Source: Mobula birostris (taxonomy: Eukaryota). From it: a stretch of DNA of 64,000 bases. The position numbers were made by a program, and so were the translations under genes. The stretch is taken from the NCBI RefSeq assembly GCF_030028105.1, contig NC_092370.1, positions 113,846,793-113,910,792 on the forward strand, in the 5' to 3' direction. The number at the start of each line of letters is the position of its first letter. Position 1 is the first letter of the stretch. The notes under the pieces were generated by a model. The model made no database searches and was not told the origin of the DNA. It saw nothing but the letters and a program-made list of their open reading frames with translations. Shown here in pieces: positions 12,769 to 24,842 of the stretch.

Positions 12769-15714
12769 TGTAAATTATCTATTTATGAATTCCAGGGTCT
12801 GTTGAATCCCTGGATGGCCAACCAGATGGGAAGAGTGACCCCAGACCAACATTTAGGAATACACAGGGGCAGGGGCAAACAGTTGGTTAGGAACTTCTCG
12901 ATCTGGGCCTGGATCTGACTGTTTGACAGTTCTCACCTGTTTCTATTCCCCAAATTACTGGGACAGCTATGCTTGTGCGAGGAAAGATGTGACCTAGACT
13001 GGCGTTGACCTCAGAGACATTAAACTGGCAGGAGAGAGCATTACTTTAGTATCATCTGCCTGACATTTCTCACAGTCTCGCTACACGCTGCATCAACTAC
13101 CCCATCCTCAGCCCCGTCACACCTGTTCCCAATCCCCTGGTAACTTAGTTTAAACCTTCTCCAACAGCTCTAGCAAACCTACTCACAAAGATATTGATAA
13201 CCCTTGGGTTCAGGTTTAACCGATCTTTTTTGTACAAGGCAACACTTCCCTAGATGAGATCCCAATGATCCAATGTTCTGAAACCCTGCCGCTACACCAG
13301 ATCCTCAACCACTCATTCATCCTACTTCTGCCTTAACTAGCACGCGGAACTGGGAGTAATCCAGAGATTACACATGCTCTGTGGCCTCTTCCAGCACTCC
13401 CTATACTTACTGTGCAAAATCTCCTCCCTGTTTTTACTTATGTTATTGGTGTCAATGTACATCTCGGCCTATGTCTGGTTACCCTACCTCTTCTGCAGCT
13501 GCTCTGACACCTACTTAATCCTTGCACCTGGGAGGCAGCACACCATTCTGCGTCTTTGTCGCGGCCACCAAATCTCTTGTTCAATCCCTAGTTACTGAGT
13601 CTCCTATCACTATCTCTCTACCTGATTTTACCCTTCCCTGCTGAGCCACAGAGCCGGCCAAACTGCCACTGGCCTGGCTGCAGCTGCTGTGCACTGACAG
13701 GTCATTCTTCCCCCATCCCCCACTGTCATATCCAAAGGAATATTTGTTGCTCAAGTGAATGAATATTAGAAAATATGATGTCATCCTATCCCGTTTAATA
13801 GTAGCTTTCTTTCAAATGATGGGAGTTTGCAAGGTGTGTATGTTCAGAGGGCACATGGTGCCTTTGCACATTATTCACTGAAAGCCAATATCCGTATGAG
13901 GGATAGGTCAAGCTATGAGGGAGGAAAATCAAAGAACTGGATATAATCTCCAGAGATAAGGTCAACAACGAGGTGGTCGAGGGAGGCATATGAGTGGTTA
14001 TTGCTATATGGAATTCCTTTGAGTGGTCTGGGCCATTTTCAAGGACACCTCTATGGATCTGAATAAATACACCTACACCATGTAGGTTCACTGGACACCT
14101 ACATCAGAGATGTGAGAAAAATAGTTTTAGAGGAGTGTCTCCTGACAAACTCATTCAGAGTCTTCTCCAGCCAGAAGCCTTGTATGAACCATGAAATCAG
14201 CAATTTGCTGAGGGTCAGACCAGAGGCATTCAAGTCTGGTGACCAATAAAGCTACAAGAGGTCCTGGTACATTCTCTGAAAAGCCTCCTTATGGGCAAAG
14301 GCTCCTTATTTGCCAGACTAAACCCGAATCAACAAAGGATAGTCAATAGTAGTGGCAGGGTTTGAATGCAATCACTTCTTATGAAGTAAAATCAAGTGAC
14401 AAAGGTGACAACAGGGCTCACTTCTAGATGAACGCAATGCCGTCTGTGCTTCCTTTGACCATCAAAACATGGAGGAACCATCACAAACACTCACAGCGCC
14501 AGATGATCGAGTGATTTTAGTCTCCGAGGCTGATGTACGGGCAGCCTTCTGAAAGATGAACCCATGAAAATCATCCAGCCCAGACATGATACTTGGCCAA
14601 GTACTGTAGACCAGTGCTAATCAACTGGTGGGACTGTTCACTGATCTTTAACCTGTCTCTATGTCTGATGCACCCATCTGCTTCAATCAGACTTCTCTGA
14701 TTCTGGTGCCTCAGAAGAACATGGTAACCTGCCCCAATGACTAAAGTCCAGTATCACTTACATCCACAGTGAGGAAATGTTTTAAGAAGTGATGTTTTAA
14801 GGAAAGCAACTTCCGTCATCAGAAACGCCACACACCCACCCCTCCCCCACATTGCAGATCATGCTCTCCTCTCACTGCTCCCATCAGGAAGTACCGACAG
14901 GAGCCTCAGAACTACACCACCAGGTTCAGAAACAGGTATTACCCCTCCACAATCAGGCTCTTGAACCAAATGATATAACTTCAATTGCTACATCACTAAA
15001 ATGTTCCAACAACATATGGGCTCACTGCGAAGTATATTTACTTCATTTCCTCAGTATTTATTGCTTAATTATTTGTGTGTGATTGAACTAGAGTGGACGC
15101 AGAAAAGATTTACAAGTATATTTCTGAGATTGAAGGATTTTAGTTATAGAGATCGGATATGTTGGGACTGTTTTCCACGGAATAAAGGAGTCTGACTGGC
15201 GACCGTACAGAGATTTAAAACAATTCTAAGGGGCATTGATCTCTACAGCACAGAATCAGGCCCTTCAGCCTAACTCGTCTTTACCGAGCAAGGTACCCAC
15301 GTAAACCAGTCCCGTTTACCTGCATTTAACCCGTATTTCTCGGAACCTTTCTTATCCATGTAGATGCCCAAATGACTCTTAAATCTGTGAATGATTCCTG
15401 CCTCTAACTCCTCCTCTGGCAGCTTGTTGTCTGTGCCCACCGCCCTTTCTCTGAAGAACCTACCACACAGATCTTTCCCTGCTCACTTTAAAGCTATCGT
15501 CTCTAGTTTGGGCTCTGGTACTCTGCGGAAATATTCTGCCAATTCACTGTTTCGAGCGACGGGTGTAAATTAATAGACTGTCGATGAGGCTGATCGGGTA
15601 ACTTCCGTGGAATTGGATAGATTTCTTCATCCAAAGAAAGGTGATGGCACTTATGGCATAAGCTGCGAATTCGCTGAGTCGGAAATGATTCGTGTGACCT
15701 CTACGCTGAGGAAG

Positions 15715-15753
15715 AGTTTTTGTCAGCAGCTCCGGTTGTAGTTTAACTCTGTG
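15715..15753 (-). other. 23-spacer recombination signal sequence of V1
   Basis: Minus strand: heptamer CACAGAG (15753-15747), exactly 23-nt spacer, nonamer ACAAAAACT (15723-15715). Confidence 0.95.
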
Positions 15754-16177
15754 GGTCCCAATAGGCACAGTAATAGGTGCCGGAGTCCTCTTTCTGGAGA
15801 CGGGACACAGTTAGAATATACTGCTTTTGTACAACATTTCTCGCTGTAAATCTGTCATCAATTCCATTTTCGCGTACGTTGACCCCATTACTGTAATAGA
15901 GGATCCAGACCGGGCGTTGCCCATCTGGCTGCCGGTACCAGTGGATTGCGTCTGTGTTCGCTGTGACCAGATCGCAGCTCATGAGGGCACGATTGCCCAC
16001 CGTTGTGGTGATGGACATCCGAGACTGTATCAATTCAGCACCGAGACATCTGCCTGTGGAAACAGAAAACAATGTCATAACGTGTTTCAAAGTCTGAAAC
16101 AAACAGAGGGTAAATGGATGAAAATCAATCAACTAACGGAGGAAAAGTATCACAAAAGCCACGCAACCCAGCCGCAT
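15754..16177 (-). CDS. TRGV: T-cell receptor gamma-type V segment V1, apparently functional. Leader exon 16177-16138, intron 16137-16054, V exon 16053-15754.
   Basis: Leader MRLGCVAFVILFL ends at a phase-1 GTTAGT donor; the acceptor is TTTCCACAG. The V exon reads RCLG-AELIQSRMSITTTVGNRALMSC...IHWYRQ...EDSGTYYCAYWD, with both Ig-V cysteines and the conserved Trp. IHWY and YYCAYW are typical of TRGV. A 23-RSS follows directly. The ORF-track start (MIDFH) is intronic. Confidence 0.88.
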
Positions 16178-16340
16178 GGTGTTTGTCGAGTTGTGACTGT
16201 ATTTGACACGGATTTAGACGTGGCCTGGCCAGTTATAAATAACAGCGCGCTTTACGTCCCACTTTCTCTCAACGTGTCACCGACCACGCCTTCCAACCCC
16301 ATTTGAAAACGACACACGATTAGTTCCTTTGCATAAATTG
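16178..16340 (-). promoter_or_regulatory. Putative proximal promoter of V1
   Basis: TATA-like TTATTTATAA (16242-16233) about 55 nt upstream of the ATG, a GTGACACGTT element near 16270-16280, and octamer-like ATGCAAAG (16334-16327). The region is conserved in the paralogues. Function is inferred from position only. Confidence 0.5.
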
Positions 16341-17927
16341 AGATTTTGTTAGAATTGCACAGCAGTTCATTGGACGATTTTGTTGGGGTTTGAACTTGCT
16401 CTCGCTTAACATGAAGAAATCCGTCACGGTAACAGGCCTTTCGGGGCCAACATGCCCGGGCCACCCAATTCCATCAATGTGATCAATTAACCTACTAACC
16501 CGCAAACAGGAGAAGTTTTGCAGATGTTGAAGGATTTCCCCTTCTTTTCCAGTCCTGAAAAAGGGTTTCGGCCCGAAACGTCGACTATTTTCTCTTTTCC
16601 ATAATTGCTGCTTGGCCTGCTGAGTTCCTCCATCATTTTGTGTATGTTGTTTTGGGCGCCTACTAATCCTTACGTCTTGTGAACGTGGGAGGAAATCCAC
16701 GCGGTCACAGGAAGAACGTACAAATTCCTTTCAGGACAATGACGGAATTTAACCTGGGTTGCTGGCGCTATAATAGCGTTGCACTAACCGATCCGGTACC
16801 GGTCCGTCCCAAAACTTTCCCCGAATTAGTCATCTCCTGCCAGTTGTCTTTTCAATTCTTTCAACATATTTAAAATATTTATCCTCCCTTTCTCTATATT
16901 TTGTGACATTCCCGAAATTTCCTGCGGAACACCACAGTTGGAGCGGCGGACGGGGGAGGTGAGTTGGGTTGCTGCTCTGCGCCTTCAGACGTCAGGAGTA
17001 CATGGAGATAATTCTCACAGACACTCCCTGTTTCTCCATCTTGACCTTCACTTTCACTAATCTTTTGTCTCCGGAGTCTGTGACAGAGCAAGGAGAGCGA
17101 TTTCCTCCCCAGACGCGCTCTTAAAGTGCTGACCATGGACCTGTCTCGCATCCGCCACCGTCGCTGCGACCGTATTCCGTGTACGTTCCGTTGGGTGGGA
17201 TGTTTGATGAACCGAATGCCATCAGCACCATGTCTGTGAATCTGTTCATCTTTCCCTATTAACGTGGTTTTAATTATTCCAAATGGGTGGCACCTGTCAT
17301 TAAATAGTACTTTACATTGGCTTGCGCTGTGATATTTGTAAAGACGATGTCTAATTTGTCTATTTAACGATACATCAGGAAGTAGGCCCAATCACCCCCG
17401 ACAAACCTATTAATCCTAACCTAATCACGGAACAGTTCACAACCCGGAGCTGTAATAGCGTCGCACTAATCGCTACGTTACCGCGGTGCCTGCCTGGGCA
17501 GTGTACGTCCTTTATTGAGTTCCCATGACCTTCTTTCCTGTCGCTGTAAACTTCCAAGTGCTATAACTAACCAAGTCCTAGTTGTAAACCTTCTCCTGAA
17601 ATCAACTCATTCGTTAACATCTTCTTCCCATAACTCCTTTAGGACAGGTTAGGTTAATCGATTACCTTTCCCTTTCAGAACTATTTCTTTTGTTTTCTCC
17701 GAGTAACTTTTGACACCATAGCTAATCAAATACCTATCGGCCTCGGCTTTAATAAACACAATAACTTGGCCTCCAAAGCAGTTTGTGGCAATGAATTTCA
17801 CAGATTCTCAGAAATTCCTCCTCATCTCTGTTCTGAAATGATATTGAATTATGTGTCTGTGCCCTTTGGTCCTGGACTCCCCCACTACTGGAAAAATCCT
17901 CTCATCGCCCAGGCCTTTACATATTCA

Positions 17928-18547
17928 AGCAACACACATAAAAGTTGCTGATGAACGCAGCAGGCCAGGCAGCATCTCCAGGAAGAGGTGCAGTCAACGT
18001 TTCGGGCCGAGAACCTTCGTCAGGATGAACTGAAAGAAGAGATAGTAAGAGATTAGAAAGTGGGAGGAGGAGGGGGAGATCCGAAATGATAGGAGAAGAC
18101 AGGACCGGGAGGGATGGAGCCAAGAGCTGGACAGTTGATTGGTAAAAGGGATATGAGAGGATCATGGGACAGGAGGACTAGGGAGAAAGAAAAGGGGGAG
18201 GGGGAAGTCCAGAGGATGGGCATGCGGTATAGTGAGAGGGACAGAGAGAGAAAAATAAAGTGTGTATATAAATAAATAAATAACGGATGGGGTACGAGGG
18301 GGAGGTGGGGCATTAGCGGAAGTTTGAGAAGTCAATGTTCATGCCATCAGGTTGGAGGCTCCCCAGACGGAATATAAGGTGTTGTTCCTCCAACCTGAGT
18401 GTGGCTTCATCTTTACAGTAGAGGATGCCGTGGATAGACATATCAGAATGGGAATGGGACGTGGAATTAAAATGTGTGGCTACTGGGAAATCCTGCTTTC
18501 TCTGGCGCACAGAGCGTAGGAGTTCAGCGAAACGATCTCCCAGTCTG
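17928..18547 (-). mobile_element. Penelope-like element fragment (GIY-YIG endonuclease C-terminus)
   Basis: RLGDRFAELLRSVRQRKQDFPVATHFNSTSHSHSDM...LEEQHLIFRLGSLQPDGMNIDF. It is flanked by CATATTCA on both sides (17920-17927 and 18548-18555). Confidence 0.85.
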
Positions 18548-19882
18548 CATATTCAGTAGGGTTCAAAGAGATATCCCTCAGTCTTCCAGGCTCCCGCGGG
18601 AACAGGCCGGGAACCATCAAACTTTCCTTATGTGATAACCGTTTCATTCCTGGAACCATTCTCTTAAACCTTCTCTGCACCGTCTCCAATGCCAGGACAT
18701 TCTTTTTCGGATATGGAGCCCAGAATTACTCACAATACTCCATATATAGTCTACCGATCTCTCAAATACTCAACGTTGCGATTTTTTATTGATTAGATTT
18801 CTGAATGGACAATGAATCCACATGTACTACCTCAATATTTTCTTTTGCTTTGCTCTCTTTTTCTCTACTTATTTAATTTACTATATATCTTATTGTAATT
18901 TATAGTTTTTATTGTATTTTGCACTGTTCTGCAGTTGCAAAATAACAAATTCCACGACCGATGTCAGTGATATAAAGCGTGATTCCCATTCTATTCTGAT
19001 TATATTTCAGACCCCTCGAAATGATTGCTGTCATTGCACTTGCCTTTTCCACTACCAACTCAAACAGCAAGTTAGTCTTTCGGGAATCCTGCACGAGAAC
19101 TCGCAAGTCTTCTTGCACATTCGGTTTCTGCATTCTCCCTCTCTTCAGAGAATATTTTATGTCCTTATTCCTTCTACCAAAGTGCATGGCCATACACTTC
19201 CCTACACTGTGTTCCATCTGCCACTTTTTTGTCCATTTTCCTAATCTATTCTAGTCCTTTTACAGACTTCCTGCCCTCTATTTTGCTTTCATGCTATCTT
19301 TGACCTCCCTTAACTCTGTTTCTCTTTACACAGATGCCATCTGTCCATATGAGTATTTTAAGCATTTTATGAATTTATTTCATAGAGTCATTGAGTAACA
19401 GAGCCTGGATATAGGCCCTTCAGCCCCAATCATCTATGCTGGCCACAGCATCCTCTCTGCTAGTTCCAGCTGCTGCATTTGAGTCATAGTCCTTCAGGCC
19501 CTTTCCTTCCATTTACCTATGCAAATACATCTTAAACATTACAAATGTACCATCTCAACCACTTCCTCAGGCAGCTCACTATCCTTTGCATAAAGAAATT
19601 ATCTTTTAGATCTCCTTTAACGCTCTTCTGTGCTATCTTGTATCAGCGTCCCCTAGTTTTTGTCTCTCCAGTCCTGGCGAAGAGGCTCTGACCCGTCTAT
19701 ACCCCTCATGATATTATAAACTTCTACAAGTTTAAGTTCTTCAAACTTCTTTCTTTATTGTTATACAGCGAGACCAAAGCGAGCCTGCAAAGTTTCCTCA
19801 ACGAGGTGGTTCCGTCAGTTAATCAAGAACCGCTGTCTACTGTTCCCGGGCTGATTCGAGAGCTCGCCACTACCCGGAGGCT

Positions 19883-20150
19883 CCAAGTCAAGTCCTGGCT
19901 CCTGTGGCATTCTAGCACTAAGTCAAGGCCTTACCCGGCGGCATTCTAGCACCAAGTCAAGCCCTACCCTGGCCGCATTCTAGCACCAAGTCAAGTCTTT
20001 TCTCTGGCAGCATTCTAGCACCAAGTCAAGGCCTGGACCTGGTGGCATTCTAGCACCAAGTCAAGTCCTGTCCCTGGCGGCATTCAAGCACCAAGTCAAG
20101 TCTTTGCCCTGGTGGCTTCCCAGCTCTGAGTCAAGTCCTGTCCCTGGCGG
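19883..20150. repeat. Minisatellite, about 7.7 copies of a 34-35-bp unit
   Basis: Core GCATTCTAGCACCAAGTCAAG with a more variable middle of about 14 nt. Confidence 0.9.
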
Positions 20151-20294
20151 TCTGTGATTCCTGTCCTACCCCCTTGTTTGAATCCTTTCTCTTCCCCTCT
20201 CGCCTCTAGCTCTCGTCTGCAGCCCCCGCCTGCACTTCAGTCTAGTTCCATCGCCGGAGCTAGATAGGTACTGTCTGGTGTTCATTCGTGTTGG

Positions 20295-20510
20295 TCTTGT
20301 CCTGTCTTGCCCTTGCCTCCGTGGGGTAAGTCAGGCCATCTTGCCGTTGCTCCGTGGGGGGTCATGTTTTGTCTTGTCCTGTCCTCGCCTCCGTGGGGTA
20401 GGTCAGGTCGTCTTGCCGTTGCCCCGCAGGGGGTCATGTTCTGTCTTGTCTTGTCCTCGCCTCCGTTGGGTAAGTCAGGCCGTCTTGCCGTTGCCTCGCG
20501 GAGGGTCATG
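20295..20510. repeat. Tandem repeat, about 3 copies of 72 bp
   Basis: The translated unit recurs every 24 aa (WGKSGHLAVAPWGVMFCLVLSSPP and variants). Confidence 0.85.
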
Positions 20511-23500
20511 AGTCCCGGCCCTATGTCCTGTACCCAAGGAGGGGTCCCGACTCTGTGTTCTGTGTATGTGTCCATGGTTCCATGTACCTGCTCTCCTGAG
20601 ACCAAGGCTCTGTGTTCCCATGTTCCTCCTCTCCCTAGCCATTCCTGGTTCTGGGGTCCGAGCTCGAGGCAAGACCCAGGTACTGGGTCCTTGCCCAGTC
20701 TTGGGCTCAGAGTCCATACCCTAGCCTCTTCATGTCTCCTCTAGTTCTGGGACCCGATTCCGAGTCCTAGCCCAGACTCTTGGTCCCAGCCTAGTTGTAG
20801 TCCTCAGTCCTTGTCCAGTTCGCCACTCCTGCTCCTACCTAGCTCTCCTGATATCGAACAATAAACTAAATTTAATTAACCTCACAAGATGTGTCTTGCA
20901 TTTGGGTCCACCCTTGCTCCCTATGCCCCCGCCACTGTGACAGAAGGGGTATTGGCAGACAGTGCAGAATACCCCTGTGGCCTTTCCCCTCAACAAATGT
21001 AGCATTTTATATAGTTTTAGGGAGATGACCTATCACAGTGGTCTGTGGTCTTGGCAATCAGTATGTCTCTTTGGTTCAGAAAGGAAGGTGGGTGGGGGAG
21101 GAAGAAGCGGGCAGTAGTAGTGATGGAGGTCATTGGTCGGCACTGGTTAGTGAAACAGACAGGATGACCTGAGACAAGAAAAGACTCTTGGATGGTATAT
21201 TGCCTCCCAGGTATAGAGGATCAGAGATATCTTGAATTGACCATAGCCATCTTAAGGGAGAGGGTGAGAAGCGATAAAGTCATGGTACATATTGATACCA
21301 ATGATATAAGCAGGAAACATGACGAGAACTTGCAAAATGAGTTTAGGGAATAAGGTACGAAGTTAAAAGACAGGACCTCCAAGATGGAGATTGTATGAAG
21401 CTATTCATTGTAGTGAGGTAAAAAATAAGGAAGACTGTGCAGTTTAACATATGACTTATAAACTGACAGTTTTGATCGGTATATTTCCTCAATATATTCA
21501 CGGTATTTCCATATCAGACGAACGTGTAATTGCATTTGTCACATTATTGGCCGAAGGGCAATTTTATTGAAATGGAAAGAGGCCCCTGCTCCCACTTTGA
21601 TACAATGGTTCTCTCAGGTGATGTTATATCTTAGTTTGGAGAAAATTAGAAGTCAAACTTTTGATCCTCGATTTGACTTTGAGAAAAGGTGGGTTCTTTT
21701 TCCCGCAACGACCATTTGATCTGAGTTAATTAAGGTGGTCGCCATCTGATTCTTGTGTAATTGGTTTTGGTTGGCAGATTGATGTTTTTATTTTATGGAA
21801 GCTTGCATGGCGTATAGCTCTGGGGTTGTGCTCCCAATGGTTTTTTTTCTTGTTTTTTTTTGGGGTGTAGGGATTTTTTTTCTGTTTTACCTAGTAGAGG
21901 TTCCTTTTTTCCTTCTTTCTTCTTTCCCAAAAAGAAATAGTTTTAACATTTTGTCTTTTCTTATTATTATTGGTATACTGTTTAGCTTGGTTAATCAGTT
22001 ATTTGATAGTTTAACTCTCATTGTATATATTGATATGTTGATTTGACTAATTTAATGTAATTTCTGTTGATTTTCAGTAATTATTAATAAAAAGATTTCA
22101 AAAGAAAGAAACATGTGATTCAGCAGATGGTGCATGGGAGAGGGCTTCAGAGTTTCTGGATCACTGAACTCCATTCCAGGGCAGGTGGGATCTCTGCAAA
22201 GAGGACACTTTTCACCCAAACTGGAGAGGAACCAATAAGCACACCATTCTGCGTCTTTGTCACGGCCCTCAAATCTCTTGTCCAGTCCCATTTACTGAGT
22301 CTGCTATCACTATCTCTCTACCTGATTTTACCCTTCCTTGCTGAGCCACAGAGCCGGCCATACTGCCACTGGGCTGACTGCTGCTGCTGTGCACTGATAG
22401 GTCATTCTTCCGCCACCCCCCACTGTAGTATCCAAAGGAATTTTTGATGCTGAAGGTGAATAGTGGAAAATATGATGTCATCCTATCCCGTTTAATCGTA
22501 ACTTTCTTTCGAATGATGGGAGTTTGCAAGGTGTGTATGTTCAGAGGGCCCAGGGTGCCTTTGCACATTATTCATTAAAAGCCAATATCCGTGTGAGGGA
22601 TAGGTCAAGCAATGAGGGAGGCAAATCAAGGAACTGGATATAATCTGTAGAGAAAAGGACAACGATGAGTTGGTTGAGGGAGTGGTTATTTCTATACGGT
22701 ATTCCTTCGAATGGTCTGGGCCATTGTCAAGGACACATCTATGGATCTGAATAAATACACCTGCACCATGTAGGTTCAATGGGCACCTACATTATCGACT
22801 TCAGAATAACAGTTGTAAACGAGTGTCTCCCCAGAAAATCATTCAGAGTCTTTTCCCGACAGAAGCCTTGTATGAACCATAAAATCAGCAATTTGCTGAG
22901 GGCCAGGTCAGAGGCATTCAAGTCTGGTGACCAATAAACTTACAAGAGGTTCTGGTACATTCTCTGGAAAGCCTCCTTATGGGCAAAGACTCCTTATTTG
23001 CCAGACTAAACCTGAATCAACAACGGATAGTCAATAGTTGTGGCAGGGCATGAATGCTATCACTTCTTATGAAGTAAAATCAAGTGACAAAGGTGACAAC
23101 AGGGCTCACTTCCAGATGAACGCAATGCCGTCTGTGCTTGCTTCGACCGTCAAAACATGGAGGAACCAAAACAAACATTCACAGCGCCAGAATCGAGTGA
23201 TTTTAGTCTCTGAGGCTGATGTACTGGCAGCCTTCAGGAATATCATCCAGCCCAGACATGATACCTGGCGAAATACTACAGACCAGTGTTAATCAACTGG
23301 CTGGACTGTTCACTGATCTTTAACCTGTCTCTTTGCCTGATGTACCAAATCTGCTTCAATCAGACTTTACTTATTCTGGTGCCTCAGTAGAACATGGTAA
23401 CCTGCCTCAGTGACTAAAGTCCAGTATCACTTACATCCACAGCGAGGAAATGTTTAAGAAGTGATGTTTTAAGGAAAGCAACATCCGTCATCAGAAACGC

Positions 23501-24379
23501 CAGACACCCCACCCCTCCCCCACATTGCAGACCATGCTCCCCTCTCACTGCTCCCATCAGGAAGTACGTACAGGAGCCTCAGAACTACACCACCAGGTTC
23601 AGGAACAGGTATTACCCCTCCACAATCAGGCTCTTGAACCAAATTGTGTAACTTCAGTTGCCACATCACTGAAATTTTCCCACAATATATGGGCTCACTG
23701 TCAAGGATATTCACCTCATTTCCTCAGTATTTATTGCTTAATTATTTGTGTGTGATTGAACTAGAGAGGACGCAGAAAAGATTCACAAGTATGTTTCTGG
23801 GATTGGAGGATTTTAGTTACAGAGATCGGATATGTTGGGACTGTCTACCACGGAATAAAGGAGTCTGACTGGTGACCGTGTAGTGATTTAAAACAATTCT
23901 AAGGGCCATTGAGCTCAATAGCACAGAATCAGGCCCTTCAGCCTAACTCGTCCTTACTGATCACCTGCATTTAACCCGTATTTATCTGAACCTTTCTTAT
24001 CCATGTAAATGCCCAAATTACTTTTAAATCTCTTGATGGCAGGATGGTTCCTGCCTCTAACTCTTTCACTGGCAGCTTGTTGCCTGTGTCCACCGCCCTT
24101 TCCCTGAAGAACCTACCACACAGTTCTCTTACAGATCTTTCCCCGCTCACTTTAAATCTATCGTCTCTAGTTTGGGTTCTCTTACCCTGCGGAAATATTC
24201 TCTCAATTTACTGTTCCCGAGCGACGGGAGTAAATTAATAGACTCTCGCTAAGGCTGATCGGGTAACTTTCGTGGAATTGGATAGAGTTCTTTATCCGAA
24301 GAAAAGTGATGGCATTTATGGCGTAATCCGCGAATTTGCTGAGTCGGAAAAGATTCGTGTGACCTCTACCCTGAGGAAG

Positions 24380-24418
24380 AGTTTTTGTCAGCAGCTCCGG
24401 TTGCACTTTAACTCTGTG
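24380..24418 (-). other. 23-RSS of V2
   Basis: CACAGAG (24418-24412), 23 nt, ACAAAAACT (24388-24380). Confidence 0.95.
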
Positions 24419-24842
24419 GGTCCCAAAAGGCACAGTAATAGATGCCGGAATCCTCTTTCTCGAGACGGGTCACAGTTAGCATATTCTGCTTTGGTCCAGC
24501 ATTGTACGCTGTAAATCGGTTATCAATTCCAGCTTCGCGTACGATGCCCCCATTATTGTAATAGAGGATCCTGACCGGGCGTTGCCCATCTGGCTGCCGG
24601 TACCAGTGGATATAGTCCGTATTCGCTGACCCCAGATCGCAGCTCATGTCGGCACGTTTGCCCACATTTCTGGTGATGGACATCGGAGACTGTATCAATT
24701 CAGCACCGAGACATCTGCCTGTGGAAACAGAAATCAAAGTCATAACGTGTTTAAAAGTCTGAAACAAACAGAGACTAAACGGATGAAAATCAATCAACTA
24801 ACGGAGGAAAAGTATCACAAAAGCCACGCAACCCAGCCGCAT
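24419..24842 (-). CDS. TRGV: TRGV-type segment V2, apparently functional. Leader 24842-24803, intron 24802-24719, V exon 24718-24419.
   Basis: Identical 40-nt leader, 84-nt GT-AG intron and 300-nt V exon: AELIQSPMSITRNVGKRADMSC...IHWYRQ...EDSGIYYCAFWD. Confidence 0.88.

Larger units (their letters stand above)
1..16448. repeat. Tandem duplication cassette A (upstream flank of an off-window V, through V1)
   Basis: The sequence at position 1 (AACAAGCCCGGGCGATCCAATTCC) recurs at about 16449, 25113, 41040 and 58581, each time followed by colinear blocks. Identity is about 90% by eye. Confidence 0.9.
19777..20942 (+). mobile_element. LTR-like fragment with internal tandem arrays, private to cassette B
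   Basis: Ends AATAAA...TTGCATTTGGGTCC...TGTGACA. The left end coincides with loss of about 220 bp of cassette sequence, so there is no TSD. Confidence 0.6.

Noticed and set aside
15754-16053. Assignment as IgH, IgL, IgNAR or TCR beta V
   Set aside because: The IHWY and YYCAYW motifs, the 23-RSS and the absence of adjacent D/J/C cluster elements fit TRGV best. TRAV or TRDV cannot be fully excluded without a phylogeny.
15743-16132. ORF-track proteins starting MIDFHPF... as the true N-termini of the V genes
   Set aside because: The starts are TTG codons inside the 84-nt intron. A proper leader exon with ATG and GT-AG sites lies just upstream.
19883-20150. CRISPR-like look: a constant 21-nt core with variable intervening sequence
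   Set aside because: The intervening parts are only about 14 nt and are related to each other. The context is a vertebrate LTR-like insert with no cas genes, so it is a minisatellite.
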